From positions 64,001 through 128,000 of the forward strand of contig CAXXWC010000018.1 of the NCBI GenBank assembly GCA_963668645.2: a stretch of DNA of 64,000 nt, read 5' to 3'. Source of the DNA: Desulfobacterales bacterium. GTDB taxonomy: Bacteria; Desulfobacterota; Desulfobacteria; Desulfobacterales; UBA2174. This document shows positions 38,767 to 49,903 of this stretch, in pieces. The notes under the pieces were generated by a model that had not been told where the DNA came from, made no database searches, and was given only the letters and a program-made list of their open reading frames with translations. The translations under genes and the position numbers were made by a program. Position 1 is the first letter of the stretch, and every line of letters begins with the position of its first letter.

Positions 38767-40002
38767 TTAAATCACGTCCTTAAACCAGCGTTTCATGCGC
38801 GTCATGACGCGGTTGAAGATGTTTGTGTCGCGGATGCGAAACTTGTTGGCCGCCTTATTCCGATTGCGCGCGCCGTAGACCACCAGGCCCACCCCGGTGG
38901 CGTACATGGGGTTGTTGACCACATCCACCAGCCCGCCGATCCCCCGCGGGCGCCCGAGACGGGTGGGCAGATTGAACACCGATTCGGCCAGATCGGTGCA
39001 GCCTTCGAGCAGGGCCGATCCACCGGTGATGACGATCCCCGATGAGATGAGGTGTTCGACGCCGGCGCGGTAGATTTCGCGCTGGACCAGGGTGAAGATC
39101 TCTTCGGTGCGCGGTTCGAGAATCTCTCCCAGGATCTGGCGCGGCAGGTTGCGCGGCTCGCGGCCTCCCATGCCGGGCACTTCGATGGTTTCTCCGCTGC
39201 CGATCTGGCTCGAGACGCAAGTGCCGTATTTGATTTTGATTTTTTCGGCCTCGGGCAGCGGGGCGCGCAAGCCGACGGCGATGTCGTTGGTCAGGTTGTT
39301 GCCGCCCAGGGCCAGCACAAAGGTGTGCTTGATGTTGTTTTCGGCAAAGATGGCCAGGTCCGTGGTGCCGCCGCCCAGGTCGAGCAGCGCGGCGCCGAGC
39401 TCCTTTTCTTCGCCCGTGAGCACCGCCTCGCCCGAGGCGAGGGATTCGAGAACGATGTCGCAAACATCCAGGCCGGCGCGGTTGGCGCATTTGACGATGT
39501 TGTGGGCCGATGTGACCGCACCGGTGACGATGTGGATCTTGGCTTCGAGCCGGACGCCGGCCATGCCCACCGGGTTCTGGATCCCGGTCTGGTCGTCGAC
39601 GATAAACTCCTGGGGCAGCACATGGATGACCTCCCGGTCCATGGGAATGGCCACGGCCCGGGCCGCATCGATGACCCGTTCGACATCGTTATCCGTGATT
39701 TCAGGCCCCTTGATGGCAACGATGCCACGGCTGTTGAAGCCGGTGATGTGCCCCCCGGCAATACCGGCATAGACCGACGAGATTTCGCAGCCGGCCATCA
39801 TTTCGGCTTCTTCGACGGCTTTTTGAATCGATTCGACCGTCGATTCGATGTTGACCACCACCCCCTTGCGCAAACCGATGGAAGGGTGGGTGCCGATGCC
39901 GATGATATTGATCTCGCCGCCGCTCACCTCACCGACCACGGCACAGATCTTGGTCGTGCCGATGTCGAGTCCGACGATGAGTTCGCCTTTGCCCTGATGC
40001 AT
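38767..40002 (-). CDS. ftsA: Cell division protein FtsA
   Basis: GLDIGTTKI, DLGGGTTD, ITGGSALL. Confidence 0.97.
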   Translation of the reverse strand: MHQGKGELIVGLDIGTTKICAVVGEVSGGEINIIGIGTHPSIGLRKGVVVNIESTVESIQKAVEEAEMMAGCEISSVYAGIAGGHITGFNSRGIVAIKGPEITDNDVERVIDAARAVAIPMDREVIHVLPQEFIVDDQTGIQNPVGMAGVRLEAKIHIVTGAVTSAHNIVKCANRAGLDVCDIVLESLASGEAVLTGEEKELGAALLDLGGGTTDLAIFAENNIKHTFVLALGGNNLTNDIAVGLRAPLPEAEKIKIKYGTCVSSQIGSGETIEVPGMGGREPRNLPRQILGEILEPRTEEIFTLVQREIYRAGVEHLISSGIVITGGSALLEGCTDLAESVFNLPTRLGRPRGIGGLVDVVNNPMYATGVGLVVYGARNRNKAANKFRIRDTNIFNRVMTRMKRWFKDVI

Positions 40003-40004
40003 GT

Positions 40005-40844
40005 TTATGCCTCCTTTGGATCGTCGCCCGGTTTAACGACAATCCGCTGTCGTTGCGTCAGGTCGATACGTTGCCAGCCGCCGCCAGGGGGTTCGGCTTC
40101 CTGCAAGAAACGGTGCAGGTTGGCCAGCTTTTCCGGGTAGTGCTCGAAACCGAGAATGACCAGCCCCAGCCCTGACGCGGTTTCGATGGCCATCCCGCTG
40201 TCCGGGTCGGCCAAAACCGTGAACGGCGATGGGGCATTGGCATTTTGATGGAAAGCCCGCCAGCGCCGTAGCGCTTCCATCGCGGCGCCATAGACCGGGG
40301 GCGCCGGCGCGTTGCACTGGGGCAGATCCGCGTAGTGAAGCCCTTCAATGACCGGCAGGTGCTCTGGATCCCCGGCGGCCCAAAACTTGAAAGGACGACC
40401 GTTTTCATCGATCAGCAATCGTCCTGCCGGCATTTCGGCCAACGCCAGGGTACGGTGTTCGGTGATTTCGATTTCCAGCCGATCCGGAAGCCGGCGTTTC
40501 ACCGAGGCGGCCGCGATCCAGGGATGGGCCAGCAGGCGCCGCCGGCACTGCCCCAAGCGTACCGCCAGGATATTGATCTGGGGATGAAGGCCGGCCTGGC
40601 GGATGACAGTCATCTCGTCCAGGTGCCGGTTGCCCCTGACCTGGATACTGGCCGCTGCAAAGGTGCGGCACTGGGTGGCCAGATCGTGCAGCAGTACAAA
40701 GGTCAGGGCCAGCCCTACAATCAGGGCCGCCAGACCCACGGACCGTACCAGGCGGCCGATAGACGATCGGCGGGTTTGGCCGGCACCGGTCCCCGTTCGC
40801 CTGAAGCGGTTGCGTCTGGGAGTACTCTTGCGCGAGATCGTCAC
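40005..40844 (-). CDS. ftsQ: Cell division protein FtsQ/DivIB
   Basis: Basic N-terminus, TM helix, POTRA domain (IQVRGN...[23 protein letters not shown]); GTG start overlaps the murC stop. Confidence 0.88.
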   Translation of the reverse strand: MTISRKSTPRRNRFRRTGTGAGQTRRSSIGRLVRSVGLAALIVGLALTFVLLHDLATQCRTFAAASIQVRGNRHLDEMTVIRQAGLHPQINILAVRLGQCRRRLLAHPWIAAASVKRRLPDRLEIEITEHRTLALAEMPAGRLLIDENGRPFKFWAAGDPEHLPVIEGLHYADLPQCNAPAPPVYGAAMEALRRWRAFHQNANAPSPFTVLADPDSGMAIETASGLGLVILGFEHYPEKLANLHRFLQEAEPPGGGWQRIDLTQRQRIVVKPGDDPKEA

Positions 40845-42232
40845 GGCGCGCTTCCCCCTTCGCCCGCCAGACGGGCCAGCACCTGGGGGCCGATGCGCCA
40901 TACGTCCCCGGCCCCTAAAGTCAGCAGGATGTCGTTGCCGCCCAGGCGCGATGCCAGAGTGTTGACCGCCTCCTCGGCCGAAGGCAGATACGTTACATGC
41001 CGGTGTCCGTGTGCCCTGATTGCCTCGGCCAGTGAACGGGCGTCGACCCCGTCGATGGGCGGTTCGCTGGCCGCGTAGATCGGCAGCACCAGAAGTTCGT
41101 CGCTCTGATTGAACGCTCGGGTGAAATCCTCGAAGAGGGCGCGGGTGCGGCTGTAGCGATGCGGCTGAAAGACGACCACCTTGCGCCGTTTGGGCCAGCA
41201 CTGATCAAGCGCTTCCAGGGTGGCGGCGATTTCGGTGGGATGGTGGCCGTAGTCATCGATCACCGTGACCGCGCCGGCATGCCCTTTGATTTCCAGCCGG
41301 CGCTGGACGCCCTCGACGGTTTCCAGGGCGGCTTTGATGGTGGCAAAGGGGATTTCCAGCTCTATGCCCACCGCGATGCTGGCCAGGGCGTTGTAGACGT
41401 TGTGGAGACCGGGCAGGTTGAGCACGATTTCACCGAGGGATCGGTCTGCCCGGCTGACCTCGAAACGGCTCTGCAGGCCATCGAAGCGGACCTTGGTGGC
41501 CTGGAAGTCGGCCTGCCGGCTGATCCCGTACGTGGTCATCCGCTTTTTGACCCGCGGAATGATCTCCTGCAGGGCCGGGTTGTCCAGACAGAGGACCGCC
41601 AGACCGTAAAAGGGAATCCGGTCGATGAAATCGAGAAAGACATCCTGGATGGCCGCCAGGTCCGGATAAAAATCGAGGTGCTCGCGGTCGATGTTGGTCA
41701 CCACGGCGATGGTGGGCGAATACTTGAGAAAGGAGCCGTCGCTTTCGTCGGCTTCCGCCACGATAAAGGCCCCCTGCCCGAGGCGGGCGTTGGCCCCGAG
41801 ATTTTTGAGCTTGCCGCCGATCACCACGGTGGGATCGAACTCGCCCTGGCCCAGGACGGCCGCCACCAGGCTGGTGGTGGTGGTCTTGCCATGGGCCCCG
41901 GCCACTGCCACGCTGTATTTGAGCCGCATGAGCTCGGCGAGCATTTCGGCCCGGGGAATGACCGGGATCCCGGTCTGGAGGGCTGCGGCCACCTCCGGGT
42001 TGTCCTGGCGAACGGCGGACGAGGTGACCACCACATCGGCACCGGTAACATTCTTGGCCTGGTGGCCGATCACGATGCGGCCGCCCAGGTCGATAAGCCG
42101 ATCGGTGATCTCCGAGCCGCGCAGGTCCGAGCCGGAAACCTGATAACCGAGGTTGAGCAGCAACTCGGCGATGCCGCTCATGCCGATGCCGCCGATGCCG
42201 ACGAAGTGGATATGGTATTGTTGACGGTACAT
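40841..42232 (-). CDS. murC: UDP-N-acetylmuramate--L-alanine ligase
   Basis: [38 protein letters not shown]. Confidence 0.97.
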   Translation of the reverse strand: MYRQQYHIHFVGIGGIGMSGIAELLLNLGYQVSGSDLRGSEITDRLIDLGGRIVIGHQAKNVTGADVVVTSSAVRQDNPEVAAALQTGIPVIPRAEMLAELMRLKYSVAVAGAHGKTTTTSLVAAVLGQGEFDPTVVIGGKLKNLGANARLGQGAFIVAEADESDGSFLKYSPTIAVVTNIDREHLDFYPDLAAIQDVFLDFIDRIPFYGLAVLCLDNPALQEIIPRVKKRMTTYGISRQADFQATKVRFDGLQSRFEVSRADRSLGEIVLNLPGLHNVYNALASIAVGIELEIPFATIKAALETVEGVQRRLEIKGHAGAVTVIDDYGHHPTEIAATLEALDQCWPKRRKVVVFQPHRYSRTRALFEDFTRAFNQSDELLVLPIYAASEPPIDGVDARSLAEAIRAHGHRHVTYLPSAEEAVNTLASRLGGNDILLTLGAGDVWRIGPQVLARLAGEGGSAP

Positions 42233-42235
42233 ATT

Positions 42236-43363
42236 TTATCCCCGGGCCAGAAGATCGAAGATGTCGTCCCAGATCCGCTCGGCGGCATCGGGACGGCCGA
42301 AGCGGGACATGCGCCGGGCCATGGCCGCCAGGCGCTGCCGGTCGGCGGCATAGCCGGCCAGCCGTTCGGCAAGCAGGCCGGCGCTGAACTGCCCCTCGTC
42401 GATCACTTCAGCGGCCCGGCCTGCCGCCAGGGCCGCCACGTTGCGCGCCTGATGGTCGTCGGCGGCAAAGGGAAAGGGAACGAAAAGAGCCGGCAGTCCC
42501 ACGGCGGCCAATTCGGCCGCCGTGGTGGCCCCGGCGCGGCACACCGCCAAGTCCGCATCCGCGTAGCAGGCCGCCATGTCATTGAAAAATGGGGCTGTGC
42601 GGGCCTCGATGCCATGATCGCGATAAGCGGCGGCCACGGCCGCATGATCCGCACTGCCGGTCTGGTGAACGAAACGGTAGCCCTGCGGCGGTTTCAACTG
42701 CCCCAGGGCGCCGATTACTGCGGTGTTGATCGCCCGGGCCCCCTGGCTGCCGCCCAGGACCAGGACCCTCAGCGCCGGCTCCGGCGGCCGGCTTGCCCGC
42801 TGGTTGCGCACAGCGGCGATGGCCGCACGCACAGGATTGCCGGTCAGGCGTACCTTGGGGGCTGCTTTGCCCAAGTCGGTTCCGGGCCAGGTGATGTAGA
42901 TGCGCCGGGCAAAGCGGGCCGCGAGGCGGTTGGTGGCGCCGGCGACGATGTTCTGCTCGCAAAGCACCACCGGAATCCGCAAAAGCCATGCTGCCACGGC
43001 CATCGGTCCCGCGCTGTAGCCGCCCATGCCGATTACCACATCGGGCCGGTGGGCCCGAATCAGGCCCATGGCCCGGATCAACCCCAACGGCAGCCGGCCC
43101 AGGGCCAGGGCCTGGCGCCATGCGCCGCGGCCCTTGAGCCCTTCGACCGGCAGGACCCGATGGGCGAAACCGGCCCTGGCCAAGGCCCCGGTTTCCATGG
43201 GGCGGTTGGTGCCGGCGAACAGAATCCGCGCGTCGGAGTGCCGGTGGCGCAACGCCTCGGCAAGCGCGATGCCCGGAAACACGTGCCCGCCCGTGCCGCC
43301 TCCGGCGAAGATCACGGCCGGAGGGCGCGGGGCGAGTGAACGGTGGCGGGCATGCCGGCTCAT
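42236..43363 (-). CDS. murG: Lipid II N-acetylglucosaminyltransferase
   Basis: GGGTGGHVFP, GGYSAGP, EQN, GGSQGA, RAGATT. Confidence 0.96.
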   Translation of the reverse strand: MSRHARHRSLAPRPPAVIFAGGGTGGHVFPGIALAEALRHRHSDARILFAGTNRPMETGALARAGFAHRVLPVEGLKGRGAWRQALALGRLPLGLIRAMGLIRAHRPDVVIGMGGYSAGPMAVAAWLLRIPVVLCEQNIVAGATNRLAARFARRIYITWPGTDLGKAAPKVRLTGNPVRAAIAAVRNQRASRPPEPALRVLVLGGSQGARAINTAVIGALGQLKPPQGYRFVHQTGSADHAAVAAAYRDHGIEARTAPFFNDMAACYADADLAVCRAGATTAAELAAVGLPALFVPFPFAADDHQARNVAALAAGRAAEVIDEGQFSAGLLAERLAGYAADRQRLAAMARRMSRFGRPDAAERIWDDIFDLLARG

Positions 43364-44475
43364 CGTTTGGCTCCGATATTCATCAAGACCCCCACCATGG
43401 CCATGCTCATCAATAAAGAGGTGCCGCCGTAGCTGAGAAACGGCAGGGTCAGGCCCTTGGTGGGCAGCAATCCCAGGCTGACGGCCATGTTGATGCAGAT
43501 CTGCAGCCCCAAGGCGGTGGTCAGGCCCAGGGCCAGGAGCATGGCAAAGGGGTCGGTCGCCTGGCGGGCAATGCTGAAACCGCGCCAGATGACCAGCCCG
43601 TAGAGGACCAGGATCGCTCCGACACCCACCAGACCGAGTTCTTCGCCGATCACCGCAAAGATAAAATCGGTGTGTGGCTCGGGCAGGTAAAAGAGCTTTT
43701 GTATCCCCTGGCCGAGCCCGCTGCCCAGGATCCGGCCGCTGCCGAAGGCCATCAGGGCATGGATGATCTGGTACCCGTCTCCCTGGGGATCCTTCCAGGG
43801 GTCGATAAAGACCATCAGCCGTTGAATCCGGTAAGGCTCCTGGATGGCCGTGTAGGCCAGCAGCGGCGCGGCGACGGCCAGGGCCAGGGCCAGGTGCCGA
43901 ATTTTCACCCCGCCCACGAAAAGCATGGTCCAGGTGATGGCCGCCAGGATGACCGCCGAGCCGAAGTCGGGCTGGAGCAGGACCAGCGTGCACATCAGCA
44001 TCAGTACGATGACGTGGGGCAAAAAGCCGATGGAAAACTCCTTGATGCGGGGCTGCTTGCGGCTCAGAGAGTAGGCCAGGTAGACCACCAGGGCGAAACG
44101 GGCCACCTCTGAAGGCTGGAAGTTGACCGGTCCCAGGCGCAGCCAGCGGGTCGAACCGCCGGCCGTGACCCCGTGGCCGCTGAACAGGACCGCCGCCAGA
44201 AGGATCAGGGCAAAAGCGAGCAAAGGATAGGCCAGGGGGCGCAGCAAGCGATAGGGCAGGTGGCGGCAGGCGACCAGGGCGCAGATGCCCAACCCGGCAA
44301 AGATGGCCTGTTTTTTGAGAAAATAGATATCGCTGCCGTAGCGTTTCAGGGCCACGGCCGAACTGGCGCTGTAGACCATCACTAGGCCGATCCCGACCAG
44401 AAAGAGGACCGCGAAGAGTAAAATCCCGTCATAGGCTGCCGGTGCGGTCGATTTTTTGGGAGGGGTTCGGTTCAT
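43360..44475 (-). CDS. ftsW: Peptidoglycan polymerase FtsW
   Basis: MVYSASS, QPSE, QPDFG, LPEPHTDFIFA, LPFLSYGG. Confidence 0.96.
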   Translation of the reverse strand: MNRTPPKKSTAPAAYDGILLFAVLFLVGIGLVMVYSASSAVALKRYGSDIYFLKKQAIFAGLGICALVACRHLPYRLLRPLAYPLLAFALILLAAVLFSGHGVTAGGSTRWLRLGPVNFQPSEVARFALVVYLAYSLSRKQPRIKEFSIGFLPHVIVLMLMCTLVLLQPDFGSAVILAAITWTMLFVGGVKIRHLALALAVAAPLLAYTAIQEPYRIQRLMVFIDPWKDPQGDGYQIIHALMAFGSGRILGSGLGQGIQKLFYLPEPHTDFIFAVIGEELGLVGVGAILVLYGLVIWRGFSIARQATDPFAMLLALGLTTALGLQICINMAVSLGLLPTKGLTLPFLSYGGTSLLMSMAMVGVLMNIGAKR

Positions 44476-45845
44476 CGTTCCAATTTTCCTACCGCCGCGG
44501 CAAAGACCCGGCCCCGGTGGGCGTAGTCGCTGAACATGTCGAAGCTGCTGCAGGCCGGAGACAGCAGCACCACATCCCCGCGGCGGGCGCTGGCGCGGGC
44601 CAGGGCCACGGCCTGGTGCATGTCGGCGGCGTGCACCGCACCCTGTTGGCAGCAGGGGCCGAGCTGCGCGGCGATGGTGTCGGCTGCTTCCCCCAGCACG
44701 ATCAGGCGCCGTACTTTGCCGTTCACGGCGCTTTTCAAGGCGTCGTAGCCCCCGCCCTTGTCTTTTCCTCCGGCAATGAGCACCACCGGGCATTGGAAGG
44801 CCGCCAGGGCCTGGCAGACCGCATCGACGTTGGTCGCCTTGGAATCGTCCACGTAGCGCACCCCGTCGATTTCGGCTACCGGCGTCAGGCGGTGGGACAG
44901 TGGGGCAAATGCGGCCAGGGCCGCGGCGATGCCGGCTGGATCGGCGCCGGCGCTCAGGGCGGCCAGGGCCGCGGCCGCGGCATTGGCCCGGTTGTGGGGG
45001 CCGATCAGGCGCAGGGGCGAAAGATCGATGCGCAGGCCGTTGTATTTGTCTTGCAGGCCGCTGAAACCATTCAAAACCAGATGGGATCCTTGCATGTCGG
45101 CGCCGGGTGCGCCCGGCGGCCGTCCGGAAAACCAGACCCGGGTGGCCGCAATGGCCTCGGCCATGGCCCGCACCATCGGATCGGCGCCGTTCAGGACGGC
45201 GGTGTCGGCGCTGGTCTGGCGTTTGAAAATGCGCGTCTTGGCGCGTGCATAGGCCTGAAAGTCGTCGTAACGATCAAGATGGTCGGGGCTGATGTTGAGC
45301 AGCACCGCCACGCCGGGATGGAAGGCATCGGCGGTGTCGAGCTGAAAGCTGCTCACCTCAACGACCACTACGTCCACGGTGCGGCCGCTGTGGACAAGAC
45401 CGATGAGCGGCTCCCCGATGTTGCCCCCCACGAAGACGCGTTTTTGCGATGCGCTGAGCATCTCGGCGATCAGCCGGGTAACGGTGGTCTTGCCATTGGT
45501 GCCGGTCACGGCCACCATCGGCGCCCGTAAATAGCGCGATGCCAGCTCCAACTCGCCGATGACCGGCACGCCGCGGCGCCGGGCCGCTTCCAGGGGGGCG
45601 ATGGTATGGGGCACTCCCGGGCTGAGCACCACCAGGTCGGCGTCCATAAAGGTCTCGCTGTGATGTCCACCCAGCTCCAGGCTGACCCCCTGGGCGGCCA
45701 GTTTGGCCGGTACGTCGCCAAGAGATGCGGCCGGGGCCTGGTCGCTGAGCGTCACCCGGGCCCCGCGGCTTCGGGCGAAGCGGGCCGTTGCCGCACCGGA
45801 TCGGGCCGCCCCCACCACCACGATATGTTTGCCGCTCAATTCCAC
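44472..45845 (-). CDS. murD: UDP-MurNAc-L-Ala--D-glutamate ligase
   Basis: SPGV, TGTNGKTT, EVSSFQL, DHLDRY, DDSKATN, LLSPACSSFD; GTG start. Confidence 0.96.
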   Translation of the reverse strand: MELSGKHIVVVGAARSGAATARFARSRGARVTLSDQAPAASLGDVPAKLAAQGVSLELGGHHSETFMDADLVVLSPGVPHTIAPLEAARRRGVPVIGELELASRYLRAPMVAVTGTNGKTTVTRLIAEMLSASQKRVFVGGNIGEPLIGLVHSGRTVDVVVVEVSSFQLDTADAFHPGVAVLLNISPDHLDRYDDFQAYARAKTRIFKRQTSADTAVLNGADPMVRAMAEAIAATRVWFSGRPPGAPGADMQGSHLVLNGFSGLQDKYNGLRIDLSPLRLIGPHNRANAAAAALAALSAGADPAGIAAALAAFAPLSHRLTPVAEIDGVRYVDDSKATNVDAVCQALAAFQCPVVLIAGGKDKGGGYDALKSAVNGKVRRLIVLGEAADTIAAQLGPCCQQGAVHAADMHQAVALARASARRGDVVLLSPACSSFDMFSDYAHRGRVFAAAVGKLER

Positions 45846-45868
45846 CTGCTGCCGATCCTTTGGCGCCT

Positions 45869-46948
45869 TTAGCGCAGTTTCAGGGTGCTCAGGGACATCA
45901 GGGCCAGGGCGATGGCGATGATCCAAAATCGTATGATGACCTTCGGCTCCGGCCATCCCTTGAGTTCGAAGTGATGATGGAGCGGTGCCATGCGAAAGAT
46001 CCGCCGGCCGCGGGTGGCTTTGAAAAATCCCACCTGAAAGATTACCGACAAGGCTTCGATGACAAACAACCCGCCCACCAGCACCAGCAGAATCTCCTGT
46101 TTGGTGATCACGGCTACCGTGCCGAGGGCGGCCCCCAGCGACAGGGAGCCCACGTCCCCCATGAAGATCTGCGCCGGGTAGCTGTTGAACCAGAGAAATC
46201 CGAGGCCCGCACCGGCCACCGCTCCGCAAAAGACCGTGATTTCCCCGCTTCCCGGCACGTAGTTGATCTGCAAGTATTCGGCGATGCGCACATGGCCGGC
46301 CACATAGGCAAAAAACATGTAGGTGGCCGCGGCGATGATCGTCGGCCCGATGGCCAAGCCGTCCAGGCCGTCGGTGAGATTGACGGCGTTGGAGGTGGCC
46401 GTGATGACCAGGGCCGCAAAAAGGACATAGCCCCAGCCCAGGTCAGGGCTGAACTGCTTGAAGAACGGAATACTCAAGTGGCTGGAAAACTCCGGGCAGA
46501 TGAAGATCAAAAGCCCCACCAGCAGCGAGAAGAGCACCTGCAAGGTGAACTTGCCGCGAACGGTGAGCCCCAGGCTGCGCTTTTTGATTTGCATCAGGTA
46601 ATCGTCGGCAAAACCGATCAGCCCGAATCCGAAGCAGCTCAGCAGGGCGATCCAGACGAACGGATTGGCCAAGTTGCCCCAGATCAGGGTCGAGGTGATG
46701 ATGGCGAAGATGATCAGGGTGCCGCCCATGGTGGGGGTGCCGGCCTTTTGGTGGTGGCTCTGGGGGCCGCTTTCCCGGATATACTGGCCGATTTGAAGGG
46801 CGCTCATGCGCCGGATGATCCAGGGGCCGAGGAAAAAACAGATCAAAAAAGCCGTCAGGCTGGCATAGATCGTCCGAAACGTGATGTAGCGAAAGACGTT
46901 GAAAACCGAGAAGGTCGTATGCAGTGGATATAGGAAATGGTAAAGCAT
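45869..46948 (-). CDS. mraY: Phospho-N-acetylmuramoyl-pentapeptide transferase
   Basis: [37 protein letters not shown]. Confidence 0.97.
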   Translation of the reverse strand: MLYHFLYPLHTTFSVFNVFRYITFRTIYASLTAFLICFFLGPWIIRRMSALQIGQYIRESGPQSHHQKAGTPTMGGTLIIFAIITSTLIWGNLANPFVWIALLSCFGFGLIGFADDYLMQIKKRSLGLTVRGKFTLQVLFSLLVGLLIFICPEFSSHLSIPFFKQFSPDLGWGYVLFAALVITATSNAVNLTDGLDGLAIGPTIIAAATYMFFAYVAGHVRIAEYLQINYVPGSGEITVFCGAVAGAGLGFLWFNSYPAQIFMGDVGSLSLGAALGTVAVITKQEILLVLVGGLFVIEALSVIFQVGFFKATRGRRIFRMAPLHHHFELKGWPEPKVIIRFWIIAIALALMSLSTLKLR

Positions 46949-46955
46949 GGACGTC

Positions 46956-48404
46956 TTACCCTTGCAGGCGCGCTTTTAGCGCCGCCACCACGGTTTCCAT
47001 GGCCATGGCCCGGGATCCTTTGACCAGCACCAAGTCCCCGGGGGCCAGCCATTGGTCCAGATCCGTGACGATTTCGTTCTTGCCGGCCACCGTGATCCGA
47101 TGGGGGGGCATACCGGCCTCGCGGGCGCCAGCGGCCACCTCGGCGGCCATTTCACCGGTTATCCAGAGCCGGTCGATGCCGGCTGCCGCAGCCTGTTCGC
47201 CTGTCCGGCGATGGAGGGCGCCGGCCGCCGGGCCGAGCTCGCGCATGTCTCCCAGGACCAGTGCGGTGCGTCCCTGCTCGCGGCGCTGGGCCTCCAGGGC
47301 CCCGATGGCCGCGGCCACCGATGCAGGGTTGGCATTGTAAGTATCGTCGATCAGGGCAACGCCCCGGCCGGTTTCCAGGCGCACCATGCGCCCGGGCACC
47401 GGTTGGAAGCTTTCCAGGGCCGCGCCGATCTCCTCGATTTCAAGGCCGGCATGCCAGCCCACCGCTGCTGCCGCCAAGGCGTTGGCCACCATGAAAGGGG
47501 CGGCCATCGGCAAGCACACCGCTGTGCGTTGCCCGGGCAGGACCAGCTCGAAGTGCAGACCGCCGGTTGCGATGGCGATCTTTTCGGCCCGTACCGTTGC
47601 CTTGGCCGAAGTCCCGAAGAGCAGCGGCGGTGCGGAGGCCCGTGCGGCCAACTGCATTACCAGCGGATCGTCGGCGTTGAGCACCGCCAGGCCGCCTGGG
47701 CCGAGGCGGTCGAGGAGTTCGCCCTTGGCGTCGCGCACTGCTTCAAGAGAACCGAGGCCTTCCAGATGGGCCGGGCCGATGTTGGTGATAACCCCCAGAT
47801 CCGGCCGGCAGATCCAGGCCAGGCGATCGATTTCACCCGGCCGGTTCATGCCGATTTCAAAGACGGCCCAGCGGTGGGCCGGGGTAAGAGCGAAGAGGCT
47901 CAGCGGCAGACCGACGGCGTTGTTGAAATTGCCCCGGGTGGAGACCACCGGATAACGCCGGGCCAGCACGGCGGCGGTCAGGGCCCGTGTGGTGGTCTTG
48001 CCGTTGGAGCCGGTGATGGCCGCCACCCGGGCCGGATGGCGGTCGCGATGAAAGCGGGCCAGCCGTCCCAAGGCGGCCAGGGTGTCGTCCACCGCCAGAC
48101 AAAAAACGCCGGTTCTGGACCAGGCGCCGGTGGGAAGCGCATCGAGCCGGTCGCGTGCCACGATCAGACCGCGGGCGCCGGCGGCGACCACCTGGGGTGC
48201 GAAACGGTGCCCGTCGTGGATCTCGCCCTGAATGGCGACAAAGACCTGCTCGGTGCCCAGGGTGCGCGAATCGATGCCGATGCCGCTGAATCCAAGGCCC
48301 GGATCACCACAGATCCGCTGCCCGCCGGTGGCATCCAGCAGGTCCTGGCCCGTCCACGGGTCAAGGCGCCGGGCCGTGCCCGTGGTGGCGGTGGGAGCGC
48401 TCAT
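46956..48404 (-). CDS. murF: UDP-MurNAc-tripeptide--D-Ala-D-Ala ligase
   Basis: [40 protein letters not shown]. Confidence 0.96.
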   Translation of the reverse strand: MSAPTATTGTARRLDPWTGQDLLDATGGQRICGDPGLGFSGIGIDSRTLGTEQVFVAIQGEIHDGHRFAPQVVAAGARGLIVARDRLDALPTGAWSRTGVFCLAVDDTLAALGRLARFHRDRHPARVAAITGSNGKTTTRALTAAVLARRYPVVSTRGNFNNAVGLPLSLFALTPAHRWAVFEIGMNRPGEIDRLAWICRPDLGVITNIGPAHLEGLGSLEAVRDAKGELLDRLGPGGLAVLNADDPLVMQLAARASAPPLLFGTSAKATVRAEKIAIATGGLHFELVLPGQRTAVCLPMAAPFMVANALAAAAVGWHAGLEIEEIGAALESFQPVPGRMVRLETGRGVALIDDTYNANPASVAAAIGALEAQRREQGRTALVLGDMRELGPAAGALHRRTGEQAAAAGIDRLWITGEMAAEVAAGAREAGMPPHRITVAGKNEIVTDLDQWLAPGDLVLVKGSRAMAMETVVAALKARLQG

Positions 48405-49903
48405 AGCAGTCTCCCATCCTGGGTGAGGGGGGGGGCGGCCAGCGCGAGGCGTACCGCCTGGCAATCGTCGAAGTCGATGATGCGGTCGGCCAGGACCTGG
48501 TAGTTTTCGTGCCCCTTGCCGGCGATCAGCACCGTGTCGTCCTTGCGGGAAAGGGCCAGGGCGCGGCGGATCGCCGCGGCCCGATCTGGCTCGACCTGGA
48601 AGGCCGGGGCCGCTTGATTGCGCCGCAGGCCGGGCAGGATGTCATCGATGATTTGCATGGGCGGTTCGCTGCGCGGATTATCCGAGGTGACCACCGCCAG
48701 ATCGCTGAGCCGGCCGGCGATTTCGCCCATCAGGGGCCGCTTGCTCCGGTCCCGGTCCCCGCCGCAGCCGAAGACGCAGATCAGCCGTCCGGCCGTAAGC
48801 GGGCGCAGGGCCGACAAGGCATGCTCAAGGGCGTCCGGGGTATGGGCGTAGTCCACATAGATGTGGCGGTCGGTGGGACCGGGGACCTCTTCCAGGCGTC
48901 CCGGCACCCGCCGGAGGGAATCGATCCCCCGGCCGATGGCCTGGGCCGATGCGCCGGCGGCAATGCCGCAGCCCACCGCCGCCATGATGTTGTCCAGGTT
49001 GTGGCGCCCCACCAGGGCAGAGTCGATGTCGATGGGGCCCTGCGGAGTCGCCAGGCGAGCCTTGATGCCGTTGATGGTCGCCTTCCAGGTCTCGGGGTGG
49101 ATCAGGCCTTGCCGATCCGTGCTGCAGGTCAGACAGGCCAGGGTCAGGTCCCCGGCGAGCTCACGGCCGTGCGCATCGTCCAGGTTGACCACTGCGGCGG
49201 CCTGATGCGCCTTGGATCCCCGGGGCAGATGTTCGGTGAACAGCCGCCGCTTGCAGCTCCAGTAGGCCGCCATGTCCTTGTGGTAGTCGAGGTGGTCCTG
49301 GGTCAGGTTGGTAAAGATGCCGACGTTGAAGTCGATCCCTTCGACCCGGTGTTGGTCCAGGGCATGGGAGGAGACTTCCATAACCACATGGGTGATCCCG
49401 GCGTCGCGCATTTCGGCCAGAATCCGCTGCAAATCGAGGGATTCGGGAGTGGTTACCCGGTTGGTGAATTTGCGGCCGGCATAGTGGTAATCGATGGTGC
49501 CGACCACGCCGACCCGGTGGCCGGCGGCGGTCAGGACGGCTTCTGCCAGATAGGAGGTGGTGGTCTTGCCGTTGGTGCCGGTGATTCCGGCCACAAAGAG
49601 GCCGGCCGAAGGCCACCGGTAAAAGGCCGCCGCCGCCTGGGCCAGGCTGCGGCGCACATCAGGGCTTTGCAGCACCGGCACCGGGGCCGTGACCGGCCGC
49701 TCCACCAGCAGGGCTGCGGCGCCGCGGGCCAAGGCGTCGGCGACAAAATCGTGGCCGTCGACCCGGGTCCCGGGCACCGCGGCAAACAAGGCGCCCTCAA
49801 CCACCCGGCGCGAGTCGTAACAGACCGCGCTTACCTGCGGGTCGGCGCCGGGCGGGAACCGCACGGCGGGGTCGGCGTTTTGAAACAGTTGGGAGAGTCT
49901 CAT
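48401..49903 (-). CDS. murE: UDP-MurNAc-dipeptide--meso-diaminopimelate ligase
   Basis: TGTNGKTT, MEVSSH, DYAHTPD, DNPR (mDAP specificity), AGKGHE. Confidence 0.97.
   Translation of the reverse strand: MRLSQLFQNADPAVRFPPGADPQVSAVCYDSRRVVEGALFAAVPGTRVDGHDFVADALARGAAALLVERPVTAPVPVLQSPDVRRSLAQAAAAFYRWPSAGLFVAGITGTNGKTTTSYLAEAVLTAAGHRVGVVGTIDYHYAGRKFTNRVTTPESLDLQRILAEMRDAGITHVVMEVSSHALDQHRVEGIDFNVGIFTNLTQDHLDYHKDMAAYWSCKRRLFTEHLPRGSKAHQAAAVVNLDDAHGRELAGDLTLACLTCSTDRQGLIHPETWKATINGIKARLATPQGPIDIDSALVGRHNLDNIMAAVGCGIAAGASAQAIGRGIDSLRRVPGRLEEVPGPTDRHIYVDYAHTPDALEHALSALRPLTAGRLICVFGCGGDRDRSKRPLMGEIAGRLSDLAVVTSDNPRSEPPMQIIDDILPGLRRNQAAPAFQVEPDRAAAIRRALALSRKDDTVLIAGKGHENYQVLADRIIDFDDCQAVRLALAAPPLTQDGRLL

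Noticed and set aside
41159..43339. 726-aa plus-strand ORF and similar long ORFs opposite the dcw, cooS, hppA and serA genes
   Set aside because: Antisense shadows expected in high-GC coding DNA; the opposite strand carries the conserved genes.
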